Positions 18,600-28,838 of a stretch of DNA of 46,059 bases are shown here, in pieces. A program made the position numbers and the translations under genes. The notes under the pieces are model-generated. The model made no database searches. It had not been told where the DNA came from and worked only from the letters and a program-made list of their open reading frames with translations. Position 1 is the first letter of the stretch, and every line of letters starts with the position of its first letter. Source of the DNA: a virus; the UHGV virus genome UHGV-0171654. One strand, given 5' to 3'.

Positions 18600-19637
18600 T
18601 TACACCCCGATCATGCTGGCAATACCCAGCGGTTGACGAATGATTGCACCCCAGGTGCCACCAGATTTTTTCTGACGCCAGGAAGACTCTTCCACCACGA
18701 CAGCGTGGGCGCGCATCTTCTCGGTGAATGCTGCGTAAGCGGTGTCCTGCTCACCCAGACGCTCAACAATCAGCTGCACAAGCTCGCCCGCGTCGGTGCT
18801 GTATTCAACAGCGGTTTCGATACGCATGTTCGGGAAGTTTTTCTTCAGCTGATCGGTGACGTTCACGTTGTACTGGTTCGTCTTGGTCAGGTTGACTTCC
18901 ATTTCCGGCGACATGCCGAGAACCATGCGATCGGTGCGCTCTACGAGGCCTTTGGTCTGAGAGACCAGCTGCTTATAGAGGCGACCGGAAATGTCGTCAT
19001 ATACAGCTTGCCCGTCTTTCGTTGCCCAGGTAACGCTCCCGCCGGAACCAGTCGCCGCCGGCGTCACCGGAGCGCTCAGCGACGGATCGTTGAGCAGACC
19101 GTGGTTTTCCAGCCCGGCGATGCCGTAGAAGTAGGACTTGTTCTGGAACTTGTTCAGCACAAGCGCAGAGGCCACGTTGAGCTCTGCGGCATAGCCGATA
19201 CGCCCGGCGCCGTACATGTCCAACTCGCGCTCACCCCAGCGGGTGTGAGTCTGATAATGGAACGACTGGCGCGGTACCCAGTTGACGTTGGCAGACGTCA
19301 TGCCGTTGTTGTTGAAGTCGCCGTAAGCGCTGGTTTCACCAGTCGACTCGACGATCGGGAACTGCGAGGTCAGCGTCGTCCAGTCGCCTTTTTTCACTTC
19401 ACCGATAATCTCTGCGGCCTTCATCGGCGTTACGAGAACGCGGATAAGTTCCGGATCGACGTAGTTCGTGAAGTATGCCGGGATACCGGCGTTATTCGCA
19501 GTAACCATTTGCGGCTGGGCATCCATCGCCAGTGCGAAATTCTCCGCAAACTCCGGCTTCAGGTAGTCCTTTGCGCCGGGCAGCACAATGCCATATTTCC
19601 CGCTGGCTGCGGCGTAGTGTCGCTGAAATTCGTTCAT
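18600..19637 (-). CDS. major capsid protein
   Basis: 345 aa, central position of head module after scaffold and decoration-like genes; strong RBS context. Confidence 0.65.
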   Translation of the reverse strand: MNEFQRHYAAASGKYGIVLPGAKDYLKPEFAENFALAMDAQPQMVTANNAGIPAYFTNYVDPELIRVLVTPMKAAEIIGEVKKGDWTTLTSQFPIVESTGETSAYGDFNNNGMTSANVNWVPRQSFHYQTHTRWGERELDMYGAGRIGYAAELNVASALVLNKFQNKSYFYGIAGLENHGLLNDPSLSAPVTPAATGSGGSVTWATKDGQAVYDDISGRLYKQLVSQTKGLVERTDRMVLGMSPEMEVNLTKTNQYNVNVTDQLKKNFPNMRIETAVEYSTDAGELVQLIVERLGEQDTAYAAFTEKMRAHAVVVEESSWRQKKSGGTWGAIIRQPLGIASMIGV

Positions 19638-20119
19638 TACTTGCTCCAGGTGCTGATTTTGACCAGCTCGCCAGCGTCACAATCGCTTGCGGCATAGAAT
19701 GCGGTCTCGATAAAACCGGCCACGGTTGCGCCGGCTGCGGCGACTTGCACCTCACCGGTGGTCAGGGATGCAAAAACCTTCTGCCCGCGGGTGGCAGCGG
19801 TTGACGTTTTGGCCCAGAAGTCACCGGCAACCATCAGGGTGATTTCGCGGCCGGGCTGGATAAGCATGGATGCCTGGTCGAGCCAGATGGTGATCGACGC
19901 CTGACCGTCACGATGGACAAAGCCAGACGGAACACCGCTACCGGCATTGGAAGCCACACCGTCAACACCCCAGGCGAAGCGGCCGACAGTCAGGCCGTCA
20001 TTGCCAGCAACCAGAGCGCCCTCGCCAGCCTGATAGGTCGCGTGAGGGTTGGTGCCAGCAAAGGCCCCTTCGACGCCGGGGGCCGGATACTGGTTAATTC
20101 GTGTCTGAAAACCTGCCAT
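19637..20119 (-). CDS. head protein (decoration/stabilisation-type, 160 aa)
   Basis: Gly/Ala-rich small protein between scaffold-like gene and major capsid gene. Confidence 0.45.
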   Translation of the reverse strand: MAGFQTRINQYPAPGVEGAFAGTNPHATYQAGEGALVAGNDGLTVGRFAWGVDGVASNAGSGVPSGFVHRDGQASITIWLDQASMLIQPGREITLMVAGDFWAKTSTAATRGQKVFASLTTGEVQVAAAGATVAGFIETAFYAASDCDAGELVKISTWSK

Positions 20120-20120
20120 G

Positions 20121-21293
<1,173 letters not shown>

Positions 21294-22091
21294 TCAATCC
21301 TGTTTTGAAAGCCCTGGAATGACAGCCTCCCAGGTGCAACGACAATTTGGTAATTCGCCTGGCATGATGTGCTCGCCATCAATGAGCATCCCCTCCGAGA
21401 GCTCGAAAAGCCTGCCATTAGCTTTCACATGGGACTGGCGAGGCTTCTTACCTGCATGGGAGTGCTTCCATATACCCTGGGTAATGCCTAGCGCCTGCTG
21501 TCGCGCAGACTGAACGACTGAGGTGGCCTTGTTGTTCTGATCTCGGGCAATGAACGCCGCACGCCGCCGGGTAATCCCGTATCGCTTCTGGAGTTCATCG
21601 GTGAGATAGGACATGTCGCGCCCACGCGCTACCGACCGCATAACCAGCCCTTCCACCTCGGTGAAATACTTTTCGGGGATGGATCGGATAAGGCCGACAT
21701 TCTCGGCGATGGTCGCCTGAAGAGCGTTATTCATCTGCGAGGTCATCTTGAACTCGACAGTAAACCCCGCATCTTTGAAGGCTGTGGCCAGTGAAGCATC
21801 CGCGTTTTTCATGGCGTCGTTAGCGAACCTGTCGGCCAGCTTTTGCGCCATGTCATCAAACCGCCGCGTCCAGCGCTTAGACAGTTTATGCATGGCATTC
21901 CGCATCATCACTGCAGGTGATGCATCCATGGCGACAGCCGCGCCGCTGGCCCGATAGTTTGCCGACAGCCAGTAGACAACAGATGCCTGCATTTCCTGCA
22001 CCTGCTTATCAAGCTGTCTGCGGTACCATGCTTCGACGCCAGCGTTAGGCCTGATAGGCCGGATAGTTTTTGGCTTTTTCTTTCCGGTCAT
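21294..22091 (-). CDS. head morphogenesis protein, Mu F / SPP1 gp7 family
   Basis: 265 aa; C-terminal conserved GELPNCRCT motif typical of Phage_Mu_F. Confidence 0.8.
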   Translation of the reverse strand: MTGKKKPKTIRPIRPNAGVEAWYRRQLDKQVQEMQASVVYWLSANYRASGAAVAMDASPAVMMRNAMHKLSKRWTRRFDDMAQKLADRFANDAMKNADASLATAFKDAGFTVEFKMTSQMNNALQATIAENVGLIRSIPEKYFTEVEGLVMRSVARGRDMSYLTDELQKRYGITRRRAAFIARDQNNKATSVVQSARQQALGITQGIWKHSHAGKKPRQSHVKANGRLFELSEGMLIDGEHIMPGELPNCRCTWEAVIPGLSKQD

Positions 22092-22100
22092 CAGGAATTC

Positions 22101-24047
22101 CTATATTGGCTTAAACTCCTCTCCATCCAGACGAATAACCTTGATGGGTAGCGGAGTATCTTTCAGCTTTTGCAAGTCGCCATTTTCGGGGTTGTATTTA
22201 ATGGAAAGATGAGCGCGATATTCTGGGTATGAATGTTCTGCACCAGAGGCCTTCAGCTCCGCAAAACGCTTTTGCAGGTCAGGGCTTTCAAGATGCATAA
22301 CCAAGGCTCGCCAAGGCTCCTTGCCCATAATTTCGATATCGCCACTAATTTGTGCCTCATAAACCCTAACAGGGTCAGCATCTACCGTGATTGGCTTGTT
22401 GCGTGAGTACATGAGCGTTACATGCATGTCACTCGGGGCGATTAAATTATTTATGCCAAGAGATTCAAGGTGCGAATATATGGCAGACGCCGTTTCTGCA
22501 TCGGGCTTAACACTTGCATACCCATTCATCTGATTCGAGTCATTAGCTGTCACGGTGGGCTCTTCCTCTTCGTCGTAGTCGTCTTCGATTTCGAGGTCAT
22601 CATTCAGGTCCAGAGAGTGATAGGGCGAGTCCGGGTCACCGGCAATTTTTTCACGGACTTCGTTGCCAGAGAGCACGCTGGCAGCCACATAGACAGCGTC
22701 AGTGTCCGCGTCTACTTTGCGGATTTCCGCCCGCTCTTTAGCGCTCATCTCGTACAGCGGCTCAAAGTCGAAGGTGATCCCGTCGTCAATGTCGCCAAAC
22801 TCAGAGAGCTGAATGATGTCCATCACACGCTTCAGGTTGTCTTTGAAAACAGACTGCTGTAGGGCGTGAATGTAATCGTAGAAAACGCGGATTTCGCCGT
22901 CAGACGATGCATTGAGGCCATTGGGCGTAATGCCCAATAGTTTGACCAGCGGAATGCTTGATACCGATGACATCTGCTCCTGAGACTGTGCCTGTAGCGC
23001 ATCAAGACCAGCTATAGGCGCGCTGACGAACTGCACAGTCTCTGGCTTGTTCGGGTCATTATTGACGGCGAACGCACCGCGGTTATCACGACACTGATTC
23101 ATGATCTGCAGACGTGAAATCAGCGTATCCGCTGCGCCGCCTGTCAGGATTTGGCTCATATCGGTACTGAAAACCGGTATCGAATAGGAGTGAATCATGT
23201 CGCTGACGCTGTCGCGGGTGCGAAGCCAGTTATTGACGTAAGGCTCGGCGATCTGCGAGAGAGACAGGCCGCGAAAGTTATACGATGCCTTCAGCAGGTC
23301 AGGCACCTGCCGAGAAACGAAGTCAATCATACGGCTTGCATGTACGGTCCGGCCCATGACAAACCACTGCGTCGGCTTGTAGAAATCCGGGCTCAGCGGG
23401 TTGTCGGAGTTATAAATCCCCGGGTAGGTCCAGATAGGCTCTATTACCCGGAAACCCTGGAGGCTGCCTTTCGTGATCTTCTTGTCGCTCATGAAGAGCT
23501 TCGATTGCAGCTCATTGTCGTCCATCCATGCGGAGATTCCCCGCGGTGAGCGAACATCAATGTAAATCTGGCCGCCGCCGAAGTAGCCATCATGCTCTAC
23601 GGCCTCTTTAAAGCGCTCGCGCACCTTAAACCGCTTCATGGCCTCTTCGAGTTTCTTTACCCGATCCGCTTTGTCTTCATTGCCGACGGTTTTGAGCTTT
23701 ATCCATTTGCGGGTCATTTCTTCCGCAATGGTGCCCACCATCTTGCGATATTCAGGTTTCTGCGCCAGCGTGGCCAGGTACGGATAGCCTGGGAAACTCT
23801 CGAAGTCGCCGTAGCCGTAACCGCCATACGCAGCATTGAGGGCATCGTAAGGCGTGGAATCCATTGCCAGAATGGCGCTTTTGATGGCCTCGGGGATCAC
23901 GCCTTTCGGGGGTTCGTAGCGCTGAAACTCTCTTCTCGGCGCTGCGCGGACATCGGCCACTGCTTCCGGCCTAATCCCGACTTTCGGCGCTTCAGGTTCT
24001 TTAGCCGGCTCAGGCGCGGCGACTTCTTTCTTTTTAAACCACCACAC
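22101..24047 (-). CDS. portal protein (Mu gp29/DUF935-like) with a C-terminal 2H-phosphoesterase-like domain
   Basis: 648 aa following TerL. Residues ~1-470 portal-like; acidic linker (EIEDDYDEEEEP); C-terminal ~145 aa contain two H-x-[ST]-x motifs (MHVTLMY at aa 541-547, AHLSIKY at aa 612-618) spaced 71 aa apart, as in LigT/Acb1-type 2H enzymes. Confidence 0.75.
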   Translation of the reverse strand: MWWFKKKEVAAPEPAKEPEAPKVGIRPEAVADVRAAPRREFQRYEPPKGVIPEAIKSAILAMDSTPYDALNAAYGGYGYGDFESFPGYPYLATLAQKPEYRKMVGTIAEEMTRKWIKLKTVGNEDKADRVKKLEEAMKRFKVRERFKEAVEHDGYFGGGQIYIDVRSPRGISAWMDDNELQSKLFMSDKKITKGSLQGFRVIEPIWTYPGIYNSDNPLSPDFYKPTQWFVMGRTVHASRMIDFVSRQVPDLLKASYNFRGLSLSQIAEPYVNNWLRTRDSVSDMIHSYSIPVFSTDMSQILTGGAADTLISRLQIMNQCRDNRGAFAVNNDPNKPETVQFVSAPIAGLDALQAQSQEQMSSVSSIPLVKLLGITPNGLNASSDGEIRVFYDYIHALQQSVFKDNLKRVMDIIQLSEFGDIDDGITFDFEPLYEMSAKERAEIRKVDADTDAVYVAASVLSGNEVREKIAGDPDSPYHSLDLNDDLEIEDDYDEEEEPTVTANDSNQMNGYASVKPDAETASAIYSHLESLGINNLIAPSDMHVTLMYSRNKPITVDADPVRVYEAQISGDIEIMGKEPWRALVMHLESPDLQKRFAELKASGAEHSYPEYRAHLSIKYNPENGDLQKLKDTPLPIKVIRLDGEEFKPI

Positions 24048-25724
24048 TTAAATTCTCCTGAGTTGATTCGGGTCGATAACCATCGGCTGCGGGCCGGAAA
24101 TCAGGTTGTCGTCGATTGCGTCCATCCATGTGTCGAGGATGTCGTCGTTGTCGTGACTGTCATCAGCGGAGAAAGCGGCGCATTCCGTCATCGCCGTCAG
24201 CACCCAGTCTGTTGAGCCTGCGATCGTCCCATCTTCGTAGAAGATGCTGGATAGTTTCTGGCCGTCGTCGGTGTGCGTTGCGGGGACAAAGACTTTCCCG
24301 GTTTTGATTTGCGGAATAACATTCAGGCAGCGAACAAGCTTGTTCTGCCCGGTTCCACGGGGAATTTCCCTTACCGGGATAGCGAGTTGCCCGGGCGTCT
24401 GGCTGCGCTTTTTCAGGGTGGTGATGAGGCCCTGACCGGCCTGTTTCTCTTCAATGGCCATATGGCGAAGCGGCATAACCCTCATGGACCCGGACAGGCG
24501 CCATTTCTCCCAAACCTCTTCCGCTTTCTTCAGGAGGTCCTCCGGGTCCCATCGACCGCGGACGACATCGATGATGTAAAGATTCCCGTCCACTCCCATG
24601 CCAGCCAGCGTAAACACGGTGTAATCCAGCCAGTCCTCTACCTTGCCGCTGTTCGTATCGACGTACACAGCACGATGCGTAAGCTTCGGCAGCGTGGTGT
24701 ACGTTCTGAACCAGCTGGTGTCGATGATCCCGCCAGTCAGTGCCATCGGGTTTTGCTGGTATTGCGACAGGAAGGTATAGCGATCCTTTTCCCACAACTG
24801 CAGGAGGTCGTTAACGTCTTCCATCTGCGGCCAGTAGGACCAGTAGCGAACGCCACCAACGACCACAGAATCGGTATCTTTGACCGTTTCCCAGCAAAGC
24901 GAACGCCATGGCTCATCGAGCGACTGGATGTACTTCTCGTCGATCATGGCCGGTATGGCGACATGGTGAAACGGCACCCCCATTCCGCCGGCAAGCATGA
25001 AGCCCGTTGCGTCGTCGGTGTGCAGACGCTGCTGAATGCTCACAAATGGCGTAGGGTGCTCTTTCGACTTATCGCCGCGCCGCGATCGAATGGTGTTAAC
25101 CAGCAGCGTATTCGCGCTTTTGCGTCGGGACTCGCTGAGCATGTCCACCGGCTTGTTGTAGTCGTCCAGCATCACCATGCCGGAAAACTCTGGTCCGTAG
25201 TAGCCACCACGACCACCGGTGATCTGCCCGTTGCTTGAGCGCGATACCGTCTGGCCTATAGAGCGCCCTCGCTCGTCCTTTATCTCCCACTCTTCTGCCT
25301 GGTTGACACCAAACGAGCATGGCCAGAACTCCTGATATTCACGGCTGGCGATAATGTCGCGGGTGCGCCGGCTGTTACGCTTTACCAGCGTGTCAGCAAA
25401 AGAGATATTCAGGTTGCGAAAGCGTTTAAGCCGCTTCTCCTGCACCAGGGCGTTGACATACGCCGGGAAGTGGATGGAGAAGAACTCTGTTTTTGTACCG
25501 CCGGGCGGGATGTTGATAATCAGGTTTCGCGGGACAAGGCGCCCGGCAAGCAGATCATCAATTTTCGAAGCCATTAGGCGGTGATGCCAGTTAACCAGCA
25601 GCCGATCGCCCTGAATCAGCTCGAACCATATCCGGGTGAAGTTGAGGAATGACTTCGTGGACTTTGAACGGATGATCACGCGTTCCGGGAATGACAGGTC
25701 ATCCCATTCGATAATTCCGCTCAT
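24048..25724 (-). CDS. terminase large subunit
   Basis: 558 aa; Walker A-like PPGGTKTE; position between TerS and portal. Confidence 0.85.
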   Translation of the reverse strand: MSGIIEWDDLSFPERVIIRSKSTKSFLNFTRIWFELIQGDRLLVNWHHRLMASKIDDLLAGRLVPRNLIINIPPGGTKTEFFSIHFPAYVNALVQEKRLKRFRNLNISFADTLVKRNSRRTRDIIASREYQEFWPCSFGVNQAEEWEIKDERGRSIGQTVSRSSNGQITGGRGGYYGPEFSGMVMLDDYNKPVDMLSESRRKSANTLLVNTIRSRRGDKSKEHPTPFVSIQQRLHTDDATGFMLAGGMGVPFHHVAIPAMIDEKYIQSLDEPWRSLCWETVKDTDSVVVGGVRYWSYWPQMEDVNDLLQLWEKDRYTFLSQYQQNPMALTGGIIDTSWFRTYTTLPKLTHRAVYVDTNSGKVEDWLDYTVFTLAGMGVDGNLYIIDVVRGRWDPEDLLKKAEEVWEKWRLSGSMRVMPLRHMAIEEKQAGQGLITTLKKRSQTPGQLAIPVREIPRGTGQNKLVRCLNVIPQIKTGKVFVPATHTDDGQKLSSIFYEDGTIAGSTDWVLTAMTECAAFSADDSHDNDDILDTWMDAIDDNLISGPQPMVIDPNQLRRI

Positions 25725-25725
25725 A

Positions 25726-26355
25726 TCAGTCCAGCCCTTCTAACCTTCCCTCCAGCTTCTGCTGGGCCTTCGCATAGTCTTCAGCGGTGTATGTCACCTG
25801 ATTCAGTGGGCCGCCGTCTTTACCGGTCAGCTCGGTTTTCTTCGGAGCGTCCCAACCCTGCATTTCGGCCAACTGCTTAATTGCCGCTTTGGGGTCGTGC
25901 ATCTTCAGCTTGATGCCGTCCTTTCCCGTAGTGAGCTCAGAGATTGCACTCATTGCGTCAGAGTCCTGAAGAACGGAATCTTTGAAGCTCCACACGGCCT
26001 GGAACACAGGATTGCCATCGTCATCTTCGCCAACGATGCTGTTGCTGAACTCGGCTATATCGGCGATGGATGTTCGACCCATCTTAGAAAGGCGCTTTAA
26101 CGCCTCCTCTCGGGTCATGATTGCCTCATCGACAACTTCACCCTGGACGGCTTGCAGGAATGCCACAACGTTAACATTTGCATACATTCGTGACGCCGCT
26201 GCTCGCATCGCATCACCTTTGGCTTTCCCTTTGGCCGTCTTGTAAGCGTCCGTCTGGTTCCTGCCTTTGATGATTGCAAGTGCGAATCTTTTTTGTAGCG
26301 GAGTCAGCACATCGAAAAGCTTCTGCTGCTCTGCCGTGAGCTTTTTCGATGCCAT
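25726..26355 (-). CDS. terminase small subunit
   Basis: Start at MASKKLTAEQQKLF (AGAGGATTGTTCTGTATG); basic HTH-like N-terminus typical of TerS; 2-nt gap to TerL. Confidence 0.65.
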   Translation of the reverse strand: MASKKLTAEQQKLFDVLTPLQKRFALAIIKGRNQTDAYKTAKGKAKGDAMRAAASRMYANVNVVAFLQAVQGEVVDEAIMTREEALKRLSKMGRTSIADIAEFSNSIVGEDDDGNPVFQAVWSFKDSVLQDSDAMSAISELTTGKDGIKLKMHDPKAAIKQLAEMQGWDAPKKTELTGKDGGPLNQVTYTAEDYAKAQQKLEGRLEGLD

Positions 26356-26823
26356 ACAGAACAATCCTCTGGTTTACTTTGATACTTCCCCGACAATTTC
26401 GAGACCATCGCGTCTGAAAACTTATATAAAACTCTGTCAATGGTGCTTTTATGGCACCATTTGCAGAACTTTATATTTACGCCTGCTTGCCAATTACAGG
26501 GGTAATCCGGATGCACTTCTTAGTGAGCCAGCCCCAGCGCAAAAGCACTGAAAGGATGAGCAGCGGCTTCATATGTGGGCGAAGCGTAATTTCCGCCATT
26601 AGGATCCCAGTAGTGCGCATATGGATTACCTCGTTGTGACATTATCGAGCCACCTCTTGAAGTGGCTCTGTAATGCCCGATCAGGCCTCGCTAGCCAGCT
26701 CAACCAAATCTTTGAAGTCCTGGCACATATGCAGTAGATGACCATGATCGTCGACAAAGTTGTAGCTTTTGAATAGTTCTACGATTTCCTCGGGACTCTT
26801 CCCACTCAAACGAGGAAACCGTT

Positions 26824-27039
26824 TTGAATCGTCAACCTGTTTCATCTTCAAATCTCCATTCAGTTGGTTACGACCACGCCACTTCAACACTGGAAATTGC
26901 ATTCCATAGCGGTGGCATTTATCAATACTCTCGGGTTCCATCTACCGTATACACAGCACTAATGAATGCGTCGTCAAAAGGCCAGTATTTTGATGCCCAC
27001 ATCAAAAAAGCTGGCTACCCTTACCGCAAAGTTGGGTGA
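26824..27039 (+). CDS. KTSC-domain protein (71 aa), opposite strand to flanking late genes
   Basis: TTG start 7 nt after GAGGAAA RBS; sequence V.SSNL.SVGYD...LEI.F..GGIYQY..VP..VY.....SKGQYF...IK matches KTSC domain consensus; terminator immediately downstream. Confidence 0.6.
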   Translation: MNRQPVSSSNLHSVGYDHATSTLEIAFHSGGIYQYSRVPSTVYTALMNASSKGQYFDAHIKKAGYPYRKVG

Positions 27040-27046
27040 GAAATCT

Positions 27047-27072
27047 AAGCGAGGCTTGGCCTCGCTTTTTTA
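27047..27072 (+). terminator. rho-independent terminator after KTSC gene
   Basis: GCGAGGC-TTG-GCCTCGC hairpin followed by TTTTTTAT. Confidence 0.75.
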
Positions 27073-27118
27073 TCTGAGGCTCTGTGTGCGGATATAGCCC
27101 TGCATGCATCTGGACTGT

Positions 27119-27295
27119 TTACTTCTTAACGCTGTCCGGCATTACTGCACCCACAACACCAGCCAGTGCTACGCCGCCAGCAATGACCGTTTCCTGAATG
27201 CCCGGAGGCATCTGATAGCCGAATACGCCAGCAACAACAAGAATGATGCCGCGCCAGGTGGACGGCTCCTTCAGTCGATTAATGAGATAGTTCAT
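27119..27295 (-). CDS. small membrane protein (58 aa, two predicted TM helices), lysis-cassette accessory (holin/antiholin-like)
   Basis: Start MNYLINRL... overlaps endolysin stop (ATGA); hydrophobic stretches IILVVAGVFGY and VIAGGVALAGVVGAV. Confidence 0.45.
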   Translation of the reverse strand: MNYLINRLKEPSTWRGIILVVAGVFGYQMPPGIQETVIAGGVALAGVVGAVMPDSVKK

Positions 27296-27834
27296 AGTTC
27301 CACTCTTTCCTTTACCCAACCATAGAGAAAATCTTCATTTGCCGCCCGAGCTTCAGCAAGCTCAAGATAGCGAGCCCCCTGGCTGCAATTCAGCGCCTTT
27401 AGCAGCGTGGCTTCGCCATCTTTGCCACGAACGGCGAGATAACTTTTCAGGGCGGCGATGGTGAGATTGCCGATCGCGCCGTCCGTCTTCAGATCCGGAT
27501 ATAGCTTGCCCTGCATATTCAGCGCCGATAACCAGCGCTGCAGGAATGTACTGGCGACACGCGGCCCCATGTTCACGCCGGTATCACATAACTCCTGCGC
27601 AATGGCTGGCGACAACTCGGCGATGCGGTCAAACTTCGGTTCTGTCCAGTATTGCGACAGGTAAATGGCTTTGGCGGTTTCCCGTGGTAACGCCTTCATA
27701 TCACCTGCGTAACCATATGCGCGGGCGGTAGTCTGCGTGATGCCCCAACGCGTAGGTCCGCCTTTATCATTCGGGTTATTAACATAGCCCCCTTCTTTGC
27801 CGAGGATGCCCTCGATAATCTGATCTGCTGTCAT
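27292..27834 (-). CDS. endolysin: glycoside hydrolase family 108 lysozyme with C-terminal peptidoglycan-binding (PG_binding_3-like) domain
   Basis: N-terminal EGGYVNNPNDKGGPTRWGIT is the GH108 signature; overlaps holin stop. Confidence 0.8.
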   Translation of the reverse strand: MTADQIIEGILGKEGGYVNNPNDKGGPTRWGITQTTARAYGYAGDMKALPRETAKAIYLSQYWTEPKFDRIAELSPAIAQELCDTGVNMGPRVASTFLQRWLSALNMQGKLYPDLKTDGAIGNLTIAALKSYLAVRGKDGEATLLKALNCSQGARYLELAEARAANEDFLYGWVKERVEL

Positions 27835-28142
27835 GGCGCCTTAACCCCGGTAATGCGCTCCCAGAAATAGGTCAAAGCAACAGAACCCATTGCCCCGCTA
27901 ATTCCGGAAGTGGCCAGTATCATGTAAATGCTGAGTCCGCTTTCAATGCTCACCAGACCAGAAATAACGCCGGTAAACCCTGAAACCACCATTTGGGCAA
28001 GAGCATTGATCAAGCTCCATGTTGCCTTGCTCTGCTTCACATCTATCAGGTAGCGGACAAGTCCACCCCAGCAAGCAATGATCAGCAGAACCAGCCAGGA
28101 CATCCCGGCAATGCTCTCTTTGTCTTGCATACGTTTAGCCAT
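27831..28142 (-). CDS. holin (class I, three TM segments)
   Basis: 103 aa with three hydrophobic helices and charged C-terminus; GGAGGCGGTAACTATG RBS; directly upstream of endolysin. Confidence 0.7.
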   Translation of the reverse strand: MAKRMQDKESIAGMSWLVLLIIACWGGLVRYLIDVKQSKATWSLINALAQMVVSGFTGVISGLVSIESGLSIYMILATSGISGAMGSVALTYFWERITGVKAP

Positions 28143-28384
28143 AGTTACCGCCTCCGATGAAAAATCGGGAAGCTGTGTGTTTGAAAAGGGTCAGGCCCGT
28201 CAGGCTGGATTTAACAACGAAGCGTGTCGATGATGATTCCTGCGGGACCTGATAATAAAAAAGCCATGCAAATGCATGGCCTTGTGGTTTGAATCCGTTA
28301 TTTACAAAATGTATTCGAGACAGTATCTTTCGACTTCCGGACAAAAAAACATATACCGGGACAAAATCTAAATGTAACTGCCTT

Positions 28385-28415
28385 GCCTGCATGAAACCAT
28401 GCGGGCTTTTTTTTT
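28385..28415 (+). terminator. rho-independent terminator (plus strand)
   Basis: GCCTGCATG-aaacc-CATGCGGGC hairpin followed by TTTTTTTTT. Confidence 0.6.
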
Positions 28416-28446
28416 GGCCAAAGAAAAAGCCCACCGAAGTGGGCCT
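28416..28446 (-). terminator. rho-independent terminator (minus strand) in the Q-to-lysis leader
   Basis: Minus strand GCCCACTTCGGTGGGC hairpin followed by TTTTTCTTT; back-to-back with the plus-strand terminator. Confidence 0.6.
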
Positions 28447-28470
28447 TACAGCTATCATCATTTTTTATTA

Positions 28471-28585
28471 GGTGTGGTGCCGGGTGCCTCCCGGTAAGTC
28501 GCCGCCAGTCCACAGACGACTCGCAATGCGCAAAAAAACATATCAGACTGGCAATGCCCCTCCGCATAGGGGGATTCACCACACC
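28471..28585. ncRNA. Candidate structured RNA element (~115 nt closed by a perfect 9-bp long-range stem) in the late leader region
   Basis: GGTGTGGTG (28471-28479) pairs with CACCACACC (28577-28585); internal local hairpins (CCGGGTGCCTCCCGG; CCCCTCCGCATAGGGG); not tRNA-like by length. Confidence 0.3.
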
Positions 28586-28687
28586 AAAAATTTAACATCT
28601 GATGAAACTCGTTTCAATGCTCTACGACGATGTGACAGGGGTACTGATGCAATGCATCTCGCGAATCCCCCTGTCGTATCATCGGAA

Positions 28688-28730
28688 AGCAAAAAGCCCA
28701 AGGCGTTAACCTCGGGCTTGAATTTTTTTG
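28688..28730. terminator. Bidirectional rho-independent terminator ~110-150 nt downstream of Q stop (tR'-like position for the minus-strand late transcript)
   Basis: AAGCCCAAGG-cgttaa-CCTCGGGCTT hairpin flanked by A-run upstream and TTTTTTT downstream. Confidence 0.55.
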
Positions 28731-28740
28731 CTTCGGAACG

Positions 28741-28838
28741 ACTGAACGGATTCCCAGCGTTAGAGATGAATCTAACCAGTTTTCCGGGATTTGCAATAGC
28801 CATTTTCCACAAAAATATATTTTTATAGAAAATACTCA
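28741..28838 (-). promoter_or_regulatory. Candidate late promoter (PR'-like) and Q-utilisation region immediately downstream of Q
   Basis: Minus strand TTGCAA - 16 nt - TAGATT located ~25-55 nt after Q stop, followed by short transcript to the tR'-like hairpin; by analogy to lambda PR'/qut/tR'. Confidence 0.3.

Noticed and set aside
18510-19697. 395-aa plus-strand ORF antisense to major capsid and neighbouring genes
   Set aside because: Antisense shadow of well-supported minus-strand structural genes; Arg/His-rich, no RBS, crosses two gene boundaries
26681-26941. Full-length 86-aa minus ORF overlapping KTSC gene
   Set aside because: Its N-terminal 32 codons are antisense to the well-supported KTSC gene (RBS plus terminator); only the shorter version from Met33 is even plausible, and kept as low-confidence mention
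28135-28461. 108-aa minus-strand ORF upstream of holin
   Set aside because: Spans two rho-independent terminators and AT-rich leader; no RBS; hydrophobic junk composition
28472-28828. 118-aa plus-strand ORF in the Q-holin intergenic region
   Set aside because: Runs through hairpins/terminators antisense to the late leader; no RBS; region better explained as regulatory RNA
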